Positions 47,663 through 59,621 are shown, counted from the first letter of the whole stretch. The stretch: DNA of 63,326 nucleotides, filler included, from Globobulimina sp. (GCA_003354225.1; 46 parts of 46 records of this genome joined end to end with filler, not necessarily neighbours in it), one strand, 5' to 3'. Made by a program: numbers and translations. Notes: generated by a model from the sequence alone, not told the origin.

Positions 47663-48268
47663 GATCATATGGATAGATCTGGTTTCAAACACACATGACG
47701 AGATCAGAAAACATAAAAACAGGATAAAAAAGGAATTCCGGGGATTCCGAGACAGCATACCTATTTCAACAACCAACATGCACCGGATTTCACAGGTGAT
47801 GTTGGAGAATATGGGGTCATCTTGAATAGTGAATAAGGAGAACTCCCGGGCTAGCTAGCTTAATTAAAACAAGCAAAATGCTGTGATCAAACCGTAGATT
47901 TCAATAACCGGGTGTGACCGGTTATTTTTGAGTTAACCAAGACATCGGGTACGGGTTTGATTCGTGTAGAGTCTGACAAAATGCCAGGAAACCACCTGGC
48001 AGCCTCAAAGATTGAATATTTGATATTTTACAAGCATATGCTATAGATATAATCATGATTCCGTTTAGCCCAAAATTCACTATAACTAACCACATGACAT
48101 CGGCCATCACACAAATTGAACGGGCCAGGGGTTTTCTGGAAGCTGCTCACCTCTCCGATGACTGGGTGNNNNNNNNNNNNNNNNNNNNNNNNNNNNNNNN
48201 NNNNNNNNNNNNTTAATTAATTAANNNNNNNNNNNNNNNNNNNNNNNNNNNNNNNNNNNNNNNNNNNN

Positions 48269-48572
48269 GAATGAATATATTGATCATGGAGGATATAATA
48301 TTTTTGATCATGGTTTAGCTCGGCTGTTCTTTCGAATATTGGACAATATTCATACTGAAAAAACAATTGACTTTTTAGGCTTAAACTTCTAAACACTTCT
48401 TTTGTGATTGGCAAGGTTTTTGGGTTAGCTAGAGTGGTTTTCAACTTTGAATACTAGGATTCGAAACCTAGGTGGACTTTTTTCAGTATGAATATTGTCC
48501 AATATTCGAAAGAACAGCCGAGCTAAACCATGATCAAAAATATTATATCCTCCATGATCAATATATTCATTC
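48269..48572. repeat. Perfect 95-bp inverted duplication (48269-48363 / 48478-48572)
   Basis: Exact reverse complement that starts at the contig edge, with a 114-nt spacer. Confidence 0.95.
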
Positions 48573-49018
48573 ATTTCATGTTTTAATAGACTGCTTACTT
48601 TGTCCCTTTCTGACCATATTGTTTGTAAAGTCACAGACTAGATATTTTAGTGAGAATTCTCTGTACATCTGATGTTTTTTATTCTTATCAAACCTAAGTC
48701 AAACATGGAAACGCTATGTATATATTGCAGAATTATAAAGCAGTGCTGATTAGATTGATACAGTTCGTGTAAATGTTTGTGTAATCTTATCATATTGTTG
48801 TTGTCGTAGTGCGGTCCATTCTCTACGTAAATGATAGCATAAATTATTAGAATATGAATGTTTCAACGCATTGACTTTTGTATTATTATAACGATTTTAA
48901 CCATATTTTTATATTCAAAGTACAGTTATGATTGGTATACAAATGAATGTATGAATCAGTATGATTGTCAATATTCGCAATATTACAGAAAATACATTGT
49001 TTTGGGATTGTTTTTCTA

Positions 49019-49235
49019 ATGGAATTCGATCATCAAAAAATGTTTGATAATAATTATAAATGTGCTCTTAATAAGACAACGATAATATTAAATCATGAAC
49101 TTGCTCGAGGAGCACACGGTGCGGTGTATTTAATTGATGGATGGTGAATTTGAATCTTCAAATGGTTATCCATCAAAAGTCATAGATGAAAATTTGTGTG
49201 AAACACGGAATTCGGAATTAAATGCATTGTGAATG
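49019..49235 (+). pseudogene. Protein kinase N-lobe remnant
   Basis: ELARGAHGAVYL, then stops and a shifted IKVI...SELNAL. Confidence 0.55.
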
Positions 49236-49300
49236 AATGAGAAGGAATTTTAAATTAATACAATGAATAACGCAAATAATCAAAAAAACGGCGTTGTTCG

Positions 49301-49546
49301 TTAATAACCACGATATCCATATGCTCTTTGATAGGCTTCATCGTAAGCATTCGGATCAAACAATACGATGTCTGCTTCATCCTCATCTTCGTCATCATCA
49401 TCATCATCGACATCGACATCAATATCGGACAATTCCTCATCATCCAATTCAACATCATTCAAATTATCCAAATCATTGCTATCACCAACATCATTATCAA
49501 TATTATTATCTTCTAGTTCTACTTCTATTTGTTGCTGTGACTGTGT
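49301..49546 (-). CDS. Acidic C-terminus of an unknown protein
   Basis: 82 codons open from the contig edge, D/E-rich, ending AYGYRGY*. Confidence 0.55.
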   Translation of the reverse strand, partial: TQSQQQIEVELEDNNIDNDVGDSNDLDNLNDVELDDEELSDIDVDVDDDDDDEDEDEADIVLFDPNAYDEAYQRAYGYRGY

Positions 49547-49646
49547 NNNNNNNNNNNNNNNNNNNNNNNNNNNNNNNNNNNNNNNNNNNNTTAATTAATT
49601 AANNNNNNNNNNNNNNNNNNNNNNNNNNNNNNNNNNNNNNNNNNNN

Positions 49647-49970
49647 GGATTCAGCTGAAATATGTTTTGTGGGTATTGGTTATATGGACGAACGCAAGAT
49701 ACATGTCAATTTCGGTCCAGCGATTTCGAAACCGGAGATTCGCGGGGTCCCGAACTTAAATAGGAATAGTTATAGAACCTTCAATATTGGTCCGATTGGG
49801 GTGAAATTTGTTTTGTGGGTATTACATAGATGGACGAACACAAGATACATGTCAATTTTGGTTAGGTGATTCCGGAAGCGGAGATTCGCGGAGTCCGGAA
49901 GTTAAATGGGAATCGTTATAGAACCTTCAATAATAGTCAGATTAAGCTGAAAGTTGTTTTGTAGATACTA
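49647..49970. repeat. Satellite with ~146-147-bp unit (~2.2 copies visible)
   Basis: (C/G)TGAAA..TGTTTTGT at 49655, 49801 and 49948; AGATACATGTCAATTT, GGAGATTCGCGG and TTATAGAACCTTCAATA each recur. Confidence 0.85.
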
Positions 49971-50651
49971 TCGGCATTTTACATGGCTCTGCCACCTTTC
50001 CTTTTCAACACTTCAATTTTTTATTTCATTTTGTCAATTAAGTTTCTTGTTTACTAATATATATATATATATACGTAATAATGTTCCGGATTTTATGCGT
50101 TCAAATTAAATTGTAAATCATCTCCAAGGAGCAAGTACAAAAGAGAAATAATGACAGTCTTTAATAATACCGAATGATGAATGAATGAATAATCAATTTC
50201 TGCACTTTTATTTAAGGAACTTGTTGATACAATCGTGATCATTGGTGACAGGACAATAATCGTAATGCGATAGATGCAATAATTATTTTATATAATAACA
50301 ATGCATAATAGAATACAGTATAAATTTTGCGTGATCCTTTCTTTGTCAAATATGTAGGTTTCAGATATAGTAAAAAATATTCACTTGAAAGATCTTGTTG
50401 ATTGAATCTATTTTGTTCGGACGCCATGGACATAGTTTAGCATAAACATTCAATATTCATGAAATTTTTATGCCATTTTCTTGTTTTTTTGTACAATTTC
50501 TGAAAAAATGAATTTTGTACATGTTGTATATTTAATTGGCTGCAAGCAGCCATAGAAAAAAAAGGATATCATTAGGGCAAAATGCGCTTCGCGCACAAAA
50601 AGGGCTTTAATGTTCTCCCGTGCAAAAATAGAGATACTAAAAGAATACATA

Positions 50652-50890
50652 ATGGAAAGCGGTTTGCATGGAGCGTAGAAAAGTAGAGATACAAGAAGAA
50701 TTAAAAGCTGTTTGCATGGAGCGTAGAAAAGCAGAGATACAAGAATAATGGAAAGCTGGTTTGCGTGGAGCGTAGAAAAGCAGAGATACTAGAGAATCGA
50801 AAGCTGTTTGCATGGAGCGTAGAAAAGCAGAGATACTAGAGAATCGAAAGCTGTTTGCATGGAGCGTAGAAAAGCAGAGATACTAGAGAG
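50652..50890. repeat. Minisatellite, five ~47-49-bp units
   Basis: AAAGCTGTTTGCATGGAGCGTAGAAAAGCAGAGATAC repeated head to tail. Confidence 0.95.
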
Positions 50891-51160
50891 CTCGTGCTCG
50901 CGGATTAAATCGTCCTCGCAGATTNNNNNNNNNNNNNNNNNNNNNNNNNNNNNNNNNNNNNNNNNNNNTTAATTAATTAANNNNNNNNNNNNNNNNNNNN
51001 NNNNNNNNNNNNNNNNNNNNNNNNTGACAGAGTTTTTAAAAAATCAGTACTTATCGGAGAGGCCTATTGCTTGACTAAAAAAAAACATCTTTGAAAATCT
51101 CACTTGTAATTTGCAAACACAAAAAAAGGATAAATAATTAAAAAAAACAATGCATTTCAG

Positions 51161-52302
51161 TCAGGGAGAATATCTGGCAACCCAAGCAAGCAAATATTTT
51201 AAATCGATCACCATATATTTCAGAGCTTGCGTCCAATTCTCCTCCGTAGACTGCGCAAACCGAATGGACAGAAATTTCTTATTTTTAATGTCGCCAATCT
51301 GATGTCCATTGATCTGATACCTTAAATAGAATTTGTTGTCTTGGCTGATCATCCACACTGCGAATTGTTTGATGCATTGCAAGAAGCATTCCAATGCTTT
51401 GTCGCATTGTTTGTAGCCAAACAAACCCGTACTGCCATACATATGATGTATTTTCTGTGTCTTTTTCTCGCAAATATAGCTGAAGGAGCCCATGGGATAC
51501 AACTCATAGATTTTAAATTTGAAGTTCTTAGACTTGCAGCGCTGCGCCAACACGTCCAACAACAACACGCATTGTCCCAAACCAGTGTTGATTTCCTCCC
51601 ATTCCACGCAGACCGAAGGCAAGCGGCCCAATCGGAGGCCGTTGATAGTGCCAAAATGTCCGTCATGGTAAATATGGAAAGCATCGTCAAAGACATTGGT
51701 CGATTTCATCAAATCCAAATGAGTGCTGATTCTGCGCATTTTCTGCCGCACCGCGGCGTGCTGCATAGACAGATTCTCGATGGAATACCAAAAGTCATTG
51801 GCGTCGCAAAAGAACATCTCCTCGAACTCATTCATGCGCTGAGCCTCCATCTCAAGTTGCTCGAATTCCAACTTTAAGCGCTGTTTTTCCACGCAAATGT
51901 TTGCTAACTTTCTTTCTAATGCTTGCGCCTCGGAACTGTACTGTTTTAGGCGCGCTTCTTCCTCATTTTTATGTTGCTTTTCGTGTTCATTTTGCTCTTC
52001 GTTTTCATTCTGCCATTGCGAGATGAATGCATTTAATGTTTTTTTCTCTAAATTCAATTCTTCAATCTCGCTGTCTAAGCCTTTCATGATTTTGTCGCTG
52101 CAGTCGGAACATAAAGGATGTTGTACGCCGGCATGGCCAGCGGTTATTTGCAATATACACTCCAAGACATTTAGGCACTGCGCAAAGTCATTGGCATTCA
52201 ATTTATTGTTGTGGTTAGGCTCAGGTTCGGAGCTCAACCCATCGCTCTTTCGCTCCTTTGCATCGTCCAAATTATGTTTCTTGTTGTTATTGTTATTGTT
52301 GT
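51161..52302 (-). CDS. ATG6: Beclin-1/ATG6; 5'-partial
   Basis: HPLCSDC, coiled coil, TNVFDDAFHIYHDGHFGTINGLRLGRLP...WEEIN.GLGQCVLLL, WTQALKYM. Confidence 0.96.
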
Positions 52303-52402
52303 NNNNNNNNNNNNNNNNNNNNNNNNNNNNNNNNNNNNNNNNNNNNTTAATTAATTAANNNNNNNNNNNNNNNNNNNNNNNNNNNNNNNNNNNNNNNNNN
52401 NN

Positions 52403-53680
52403 GATCGGTCTGCATTAATAATGATTTCATATGATGATAATGCGCGTTTATATTATGATCAGTGGTTTCGGCGCCCAATCTTGCATTGAAGTCACCAATC
52501 ACCAGTATGTTGTCAGATTTGTGTTTGAAGCGCTGTATGTCAGATGTTAATGTATTATAGAATTTGGTGCTTCTTTGGGGGTTCTCTGTGCTGTATGGAC
52601 GGACATAGTTTATTGAGAGGTAAGTGGGCTTTGTTTGGTCCTCAAAGTCAATGGAGAGCCACACAGTGTTGAGGCCCCTCGGTTTGTGGATGTAATGGAT
52701 GGTATTTTTTAAGTGTCTTTTTTTGTATATTATCACGCCTCCAATTCTGGCTTTGTTATTTGTTAATGTTGGCGGTTTGTGTGCGATTAATGTGTATCCA
52801 GGGACCACCCAATTAGGCCGTGTCATGGATCTGGTGTCTATTAAGCAGATTATGTCAAGCTTATGTTGGACAATTAGCTGTTGCATGTACGGGTGTTTGT
52901 GTTGGGTTTTGTATTTGGTGGAACCATTTATGTTTAAGAAGCCTATGGTTAATTGTTTCAATGTTATTTTGGTGGCAGTCATGGGTTCGATGTGTGGGGC
53001 ATACATTTGGAGGAAGGGGAACTTTTGTATGATGTTCGGTAGATCCTCTTCTTTGTATTGGTCATTATTTAGATGCGTTTGGAGGATTTTATGGATTAGA
53101 TACTTCTTATAACGCTTCAGGTTGTCGTGCGTGGTGCGGTGTTTGGTGACCGCATATTTGAACATCTGAGTTAGAGCCAGAATGGCGTTATTCTTCATGT
53201 TGTTGATCTGGTTGGCTCTGTTCAGTCGGTATATGTTGGTGCAATTGAATCGCTGTATGGACTCCCAATGGGATAGGATCTGACGATGGTTTTTTGTATC
53301 TGGGACATTCCATCGGATGTGATACTTATTATGTTTTATGGATTGTTGGACTGTGGGCTCGCCATCAATGTATTCGAAGCGGTTTATGAAATCATGGATG
53401 TCTTTGATCACTGCCGGGTCTCTGTTGTAAGCATGCAATTGTACACACGGTATCTGTTCAACTGTGGGGTCTGTGTAGGGGATGCCTTTGAAGCGGAGTT
53501 GGACATTTGGTGGGAAGTTATGTAGGATGTGGTATTTTATTGGATTATAGCGATGGACTGGCATACGGAGTGTTATCCAACGAAGCGATTTATGCATTAT
53601 AATTTTGACATATTTGAAATAGTTTCTTATGGAATGTTGATGTCTCTCAATGTATTCATAAAGGATATGTGTGTGTTCTG
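52403..53680 (-). mobile_element. Non-LTR retrotransposon ORF with an APE (EEP) endonuclease, open across the whole contig
   Basis: IGFLNING, DIICLIDT, GGVIIY, YVRP, LVIGDFNARLG; strong A/C skew on the coding strand. Confidence 0.85.
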
Positions 53681-53781
53681 NNNNNNNNNNNNNNNNNNNN
53701 NNNNNNNNNNNNNNNNNNNNNNNNTTAATTAATTAANNNNNNNNNNNNNNNNNNNNNNNNNNNNNNNNNNNNNNNNNNNNA

Positions 53782-54603
53782 TTTTCGATAAGTTTTTTAG
53801 TATTAGCCATCTTATTAACGATATATCATATAGTAACCACATATGTTTCCACAAAACATTTATGTGACCCAAAATTCTTACACAAACATCCATCAATCAT
53901 GTTGTCATATTTATTATTATTTGTAGTATGTATAAGTGGTATTAGTTTAACAATGGATAGTGTGATAATCACTCATTTATGCTCAGCGGCACAATATTAT
54001 GGCCCTTCATTATATTCTATATTCAAAACCATTGTCTATTTAATATTAGGAGTGCGTATTTACATCACTTTCAAAGATTCCATGTACGCCTATAACGTCC
54101 CGCGATTAATAGCATGGTCAGTCCTGTTAACAGTATGGACATTATTTAATGTGATTGCTGGTAATCTAACGGTTGAATCACAGATGAAAAAGGAAGAGAG
54201 AAGTACCAAATGTTTAGTAATACCTTCATTTCTCTACATTGTGTCGCAAGCATTGTTAGATTTGACCTCTGGCGTTGTGAATTGTATTTTATTTGTACGG
54301 CCCATCTGTAAATTATATGCCTTGGCCGGTACCGACAATATAAACATTAAAAAAATCGCATATAAACAATGCATTCTATCATTAATTACAATCTTATCAA
54401 GTATAATATCAATGGCTGGCATTGGTGCATTCAGTAACATCGTTCCTGTGTTCGTAGCATCGGATATGTTAATATCGACATTGTGCGTGGTGTTGATGTA
54501 TCGGTGGAATGCGCGCCTCACTGAAACTATTTGTGGCTGTTGTATGCCAAGGGAAGATATTATACAATTGGAGGATGTGGTACTTGATAATGTTAATTCA
54601 TAA
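53782..54603 (+). CDS. Serpentine (7TM, GPCR-like) membrane protein; 5'-partial
   Basis: About 7 hydrophobic helices, extracellular Cys pair, RIYITF, LFVRPI, C-terminal CGCC. Confidence 0.7.
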   Translation, partial: FSISFLVLAILLTIYHIVTTYVSTKHLCDPKFLHKHPSIMLSYLLLFVVCISGISLTMDSVIITHLCSAAQYYGPSLYSIFKTIVYLILGVRIYITFKDSMYAYNVPRLIAWSVLLTVWTLFNVIAGNLTVESQMKKEERSTKCLVIPSFLYIVSQALLDLTSGVVNCILFVRPICKLYALAGTDNINIKKIAYKQCILSLITILSSIISMAGIGAFSNIVPVFVASDMLISTLCVVLMYRWNARLTETICGCCMPREDIIQLEDVVLDNVNS

Positions 54604-54787
54604 TATTGGTCTTTCTAAAACATTGTCAGGGATCACAGCATATAACTAAATGTAATATAATCACAGCAAAGCTTAAATATTGAATGTTAATCCCAACCCT
54701 TTTTTTGTTTGGTTTGTTTTTAATACCACTCTATTTTTAAGATCTTGAGTGTATATTTACCAAAAAAAACGCCAGTAATTAGTATAT

Positions 54788-54939
54788 TATTCATATTCAA
54801 CTTTTTCGTTTCGAGGATGAGTAACGTTTCCGAAAACACAGTTTTTGGCCGAGGGGGTGGTGGGTGGGGAGCCTCCAAGGCCAAAAACTGTGTTTTCGGA
54901 ACACGTTACTCAGCCAAGATAAAAAGTTGAATATGAATA
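54788..54939. mobile_element. Hairpin MITE-like element with G-rich loop
   Basis: TATTCATATTCAACTTTT/AAAAGTTGAATATGAATA and CCGAAAACACAGTTTTTGGCC/GGCCAAAAACTGTGTTTTCGG arms. Confidence 0.8.
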
Positions 54940-55158
54940 CGATGCTTTATTCCCAAAAATGACCATACAATTTTTTATATCATCATAATAATAAAAATAA
55001 TATATGCTTTCTGCTTTTTTGATTGAGTTTATGGGAAAAAATTGAAATACAAACATCCNNNNNNNNNNNNNNNNNNNNNNNNNNNNNNNNNNNNNNNNNN
55101 NNTTAATTAATTAANNNNNNNNNNNNNNNNNNNNNNNNNNNNNNNNNNNNNNNNNNNN

Positions 55159-56256
55159 ATTGTCGTCATTGTCATTTATTAAATCGACCCGATGCAATGC
55201 TAAATATATTAAATTATTTGCATTGATTTTTGTATTAAATAATTGTGGATCGAATGTAAAGTCCAATTGGATGCTATCCACACAGCTAAAATATGGCAAT
55301 AATTTTAGAAATAAACTCTCATTCTCATAGCTCCGGATATGAATAAAATGTATATTTTTTATTATTTTCTCCTGCGATATGTAGCAAACCATTTCTTTTA
55401 ATGCATTTTCATCACAATCCCATAACATTGGATCATCTAAAAACAATTTAGTGCAATAAATATCTGACATACAATCCAAAACATTGCCAAATATCCAAAT
55501 CTCGCGATATTTATGGTTCAATATAAACCGATTATGATTTGGATTTGGATTTGGATTATTTTTAGATTTTGTATATCGACACAATATCTGTTGGGGGTAT
55601 ACATTGATGGTATAATATCGAAAAAAATATTCATTATTTATACATATTTGACGAAATAATTTACAAATTACAAAAAATTTGTTAAATTCATATTTATTCA
55701 TATATAGAAAATGCATTATTTTGATTAATATGTTTTCATTTAATTGCGTTATTATTTTCTTATCATTGGTCGCTTTAATATTCATTGCGTTCATTAATGA
55801 GGGCTTCATTGGCGACGAATGAGCGCGCGGCTTAAAATACGTTTGTTGCGCCGTCGAATATGTTTTTTTCATTGAAATTGCCGTCGAACCCGTTCTTTTT
55901 TTATTTTTATAATTAGCATTTTTGTTTGTGCGCATCCGAATATTTATATGTCCATTGATTACTTGCTTTATTAAGTCACACCATTCTGTTTTTTCTCTAT
56001 TTGAAGATACAGCAAATTTATATGTTCGCGCTGGTGTTTCTAAATAAAATCCATTATCAAATGTTTTGCCAGCATCACCCGCCAATTTTATTGTTTCTTT
56101 ACCACTTAATTCAATCACACCTTTCAAATCATTTTTTTTATCATTACGAAAATATTCTAAAACGCGAGTATCGTACAACACCAACCATCTTTTATTCCAT
56201 GTTGGACATCGTTTTGGTCCACATTTCTCGACCCAGCCTTCTTTTATACTTGACAT
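55159..56256 (-). CDS. PH domain + F-box + probable LRR protein; 3'-partial
   Basis: IKEGWVEK....WNKRWLVL...YF...KGVIEL...TPARTYKF...EKTEW (PH); ITQLNENILIKIMHFL....ICKLFRQI (F-box). Confidence 0.8.
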
Positions 56257-56688
56257 GTTTTTCAACTCTCACTCTCACTCTGAATAATATATAATATAAT
56301 CTCAGATCAGATCAGATCAGATCATATTAAATCATGTCGTCATGGACTTGTCCACAGTGTACATTTTCGAATGAATCAGGATTGGCTTTAAACTGTACAG
56401 TCTGTGGATTTATAAAACCAAGCTCAAACGGGTGGANNNNNNNNNNNNNNNNNNNNNNNNNNNNNNNNNNNNNNNNNNNNTTAATTAATTAANNNNNNNN
56501 NNNNNNNNNNNNNNNNNNNNNNNNNNNNNNNNNNNNTCTTTTATTTTTTTTTCTGTGTTGTTTTGTTATGTAATTTGGATATTTTATAGTTTTGTTATGC
56601 TTTCCAAATCTGATAAAAGAGCTAGGTTTCTTATGCATTATGTGAAGTAGTTCCAACTTGCACCCCAGCGAAAACCTACTTTTTTTGA

Positions 56689-57483
56689 ATGAGAATCGGT
56701 GTTCCCAAACAAGCGACAAATTTATTGCGAAAAAAGCAAAATGAATGGAGACAATCGTTGCCACCAATATTAAAATTGGAAATATTGAAAGGAAAAGAAA
56801 AAACTAGAATTAAAAAACAGTTTTTACGTTCAGGTGTGGATTGGATATGGGATAAACCAAAAAATATATCATGGTCATATTATTTACCAGTACCAGGGAG
56901 AACATCTGATCGTAAGCCACGTATTAAAGCACAAAGAATTGCAGAAGCAATGCAATCAATGCCAGATTTAATTGCAGAATATAGGGAACAACGGAGGCAG
57001 TACAATTTACAGATTAAACTTGAAAAAAAACAAGTCGATGAAAAAAATAAATTGATAAATGCAGCGTCGACGCGATTGACTGATTTAAGAGAATTAGTGA
57101 AAGAATTTGATATTTTGGATGATTCATTCTTTGATGGTGATGATAATTATTACGAGTTATTATTGAATAAAGAGGAAAATAATGACAATAATGGAAATAA
57201 ATGGAAAAATATTGAAAATAAAAGGAAAAAAACATCGGAAAAATTCAGAAAAATGCTTACTAAGAAACCATTGTTGTCCTCTAAACTTGATACAATCAAA
57301 GAGAAACTTGACAAATCGCGAGAATATGAAAAACTAGACCCAGAAGACGGTGATTATGATGATGGGAGAACATGGACTTCACGGCGCAGTGAGAAGGAAT
57401 TAGCGTACATACAACAATTAGCAAATGAACCAAATATTGAAAAAGAACAAGAAAAACACTCCAAAAAGACAGTTAAAACTTAA
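56689..57483 (+). CDS. Mitochondrial ribosomal protein mL59-like, with charged C-terminal extension
   Basis: PGRTSDRK....AQRIAEAMQSMPDLIAEYRE resembles mL59 (KG.K.ER....R...I..AM..MP..I.EW); the 5' end is uncertain. Confidence 0.55.
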   Translation: MRIGVPKQATNLLRKKQNEWRQSLPPILKLEILKGKEKTRIKKQFLRSGVDWIWDKPKNISWSYYLPVPGRTSDRKPRIKAQRIAEAMQSMPDLIAEYREQRRQYNLQIKLEKKQVDEKNKLINAASTRLTDLRELVKEFDILDDSFFDGDDNYYELLLNKEENNDNNGNKWKNIENKRKKTSEKFRKMLTKKPLLSSKLDTIKEKLDKSREYEKLDPEDGDYDDGRTWTSRRSEKELAYIQQLANEPNIEKEQEKHSKKTVKT

Positions 57484-57523
57484 AACTATCCAATTATACA
57501 AACTACAAACTACAACCTACAAC

Positions 57524-57814
57524 CTACACACCGACCACTAAATTTGAAAGGATTGCCGCAATTAATTGTGGCCCAAAAAACACCGACATAGCAAGACATA
57601 TAAGGCAACAAAAACAACCACATATCTTATAATAAAGTTTATCCCCTAACAATTGTTTTAACATTGAAAACGGATTCAGTGACCATCGGAATCTACCTTC
57701 CGGATCAGGTAAATACGGATTCATATTTGGATCACCACGACCCAATCCAGCTGGGAATTTATTAGCTTCTTCCTTTGTCATTAACTCCATAGAAACTTGC
57801 AATTTTCCTTGCAC
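57524..57814 (-). CDS. Ferlin C-terminus with tail anchor
   Basis: GKLQVSMELMTKEEA...PAGLGRGDPNMNPYLPDPEGR..W.LNPF followed by a TM helix. Confidence 0.9.
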   Translation of the reverse strand: MQGKLQVSMELMTKEEANKFPAGLGRGDPNMNPYLPDPEGRFRWSLNPFSMLKQLLGDKLYYKICGCFCCLICLAMSVFFGPQLIAAILSNLVVGV

Positions 57815-57914
57815 NNNNNNNNNNNNNNNNNNNNNNNNNNNNNNNNNNNNNNNNNNNNTTAATTAATTAANNNNNNNNNNNNNNNNNNNNNNNNNNNNNN
57901 NNNNNNNNNNNNNN

Positions 57915-59192
57915 GTTTTTTTATTGGGATTTTACAAGACACTACACGGGAACAGATGCGCTGCTTGCATCAAATGCACTGCGATCGACTGACTGGGATG
58001 CGATGAATGCATTTAACGGAGAGTATTCAATCTATGAACCAAATCCGGATGGCACATTATCCAGATCAGCCATCAACGTATGGATACCATGAAAATGAGC
58101 CTATTCGAGAAAGCAATTTAAGTGCAATTATGATTTATTGTGGTGAGGATGTTAAGTGTTTCTATTTCTTTTTTACATCACATAATACATTAAAATTGTC
58201 CGTCTATAGAAGTTTCAAGAAAAGTTTAGTAGAACATATCGAGCAATGGAAAAGGATGAAAAATTCCAATCTATAAAAGAACGGCATGCCAATTATTATC
58301 ATTTTGCAAAGCTTTTGCGAGAAACAGTTGAAATTTATGGGGTCTCTTATATGGATGGAGCGATACATACATTCTATCATGGCATTGTTGGCGAGATGGT
58401 ATTCCATGGGATGCAATGTACGATATTTGGTCCATTATCCACAACTTCTGAGTTATCGGTGGCGGAAATATATTTCAGTGCTTCTGGTTTGATATTAGAG
58501 TTAGTGCCAGATCCTCATCTCAAATATTTTGAGTGTCGTTCGTATTCATTATATCCGCATGAATTTGAATATTTATTTGTTGGTGGAATGGCTTTGATGA
58601 ATATAATGAATATAACAAATACAATCACCGGGGAAGAATTCATTGATTATGTGCAGATATTACGAATTATTGATACAATGACAAATGGTGTTTATTATGA
58701 TAGCGATCCAACCAATATTCATAAAATGAGAAATAAAGAAACCGATGAATGGATTGTAGATATTGACAATTTGGGATTTACTGATATTCCAAACAAAATT
58801 AAAAAGCCAACATTGCAATTTTTGCAATATCGAATGGATAAATCTACTAAATATAATGACAAATATTTTATTAAGTTATTAAACAAAATGTGTAGCCATA
58901 AAAAGTCGATTGCCATAAATTGGCAAAGTATTAATGTTGATATTTTAGAGCAAGTTGATGATTGTGGCGGATATATTGGATTTAAGTTTGTTCGCTCTAT
59001 GATTTGTATTATGAAGAATGGGAAATATGACAGGATTGATATAAAAACAATGTATCAAATATTTCCAGCAACAATCAATATCATTATATTTAATCTGCCA
59101 TTTATTAGCGAGGATTATTTAACTGATATTTTAAACTTTATTCAAAATGAACAGGAATCGAAGATTACATGGTTTGAATTGGCACTTTGCGA
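57915..59192 (+). CDS. Second ADP-ribosyltransferase-fold domain protein; intron 58151-58209; partial
   Basis: LSAIMIYCGED|KFQEKFSRTYR, FYHGI, FGPLSTTSELSVA..YF...GLILEL, YFEC..YSLYPHEFEYLFVGG. Confidence 0.68.
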
Positions 59193-59621
59193 NNNNNNNN
59201 NNNNNNNNNNNNNNNNNNNNNNNNNNNNNNNNNNNNTTAATTAATTAANNNNNNNNNNNNNNNNNNNNNNNNNNNNNNNNNNNNNNNNNNNNACTGTACA
59301 ATAATTTTGATTGACACTCTGTTCATCGCTTCTTTTTGTGATCTCATAAATGATTCTAATATGGCATCACCATCGACACATTTTGAATAATTTCCATTTT
59401 CATCCACACAAATAAACCCACCCAAAATATCAGCATCGTGTTCGTTGCTAATACCAATACACTCAACATAGGGCACTGTCGGCATTGTTTTTATCGACTT
59501 CGCCATCAGAACACATAATTAATGTAATCTTTTTCGCATGTCCATTGTTGTATGTGTTTACCACCTGGTTGGGCCATTAAATGCAAGGATAGTTGCAGTT
59601 TTTGGGTTTTTTTAATTTTTG

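Noticed and set aside
50652-50890. 47-bp repeats as a CRISPR array
   Set aside because: The units are head to tail with no unique spacers, and no cas genes are present.
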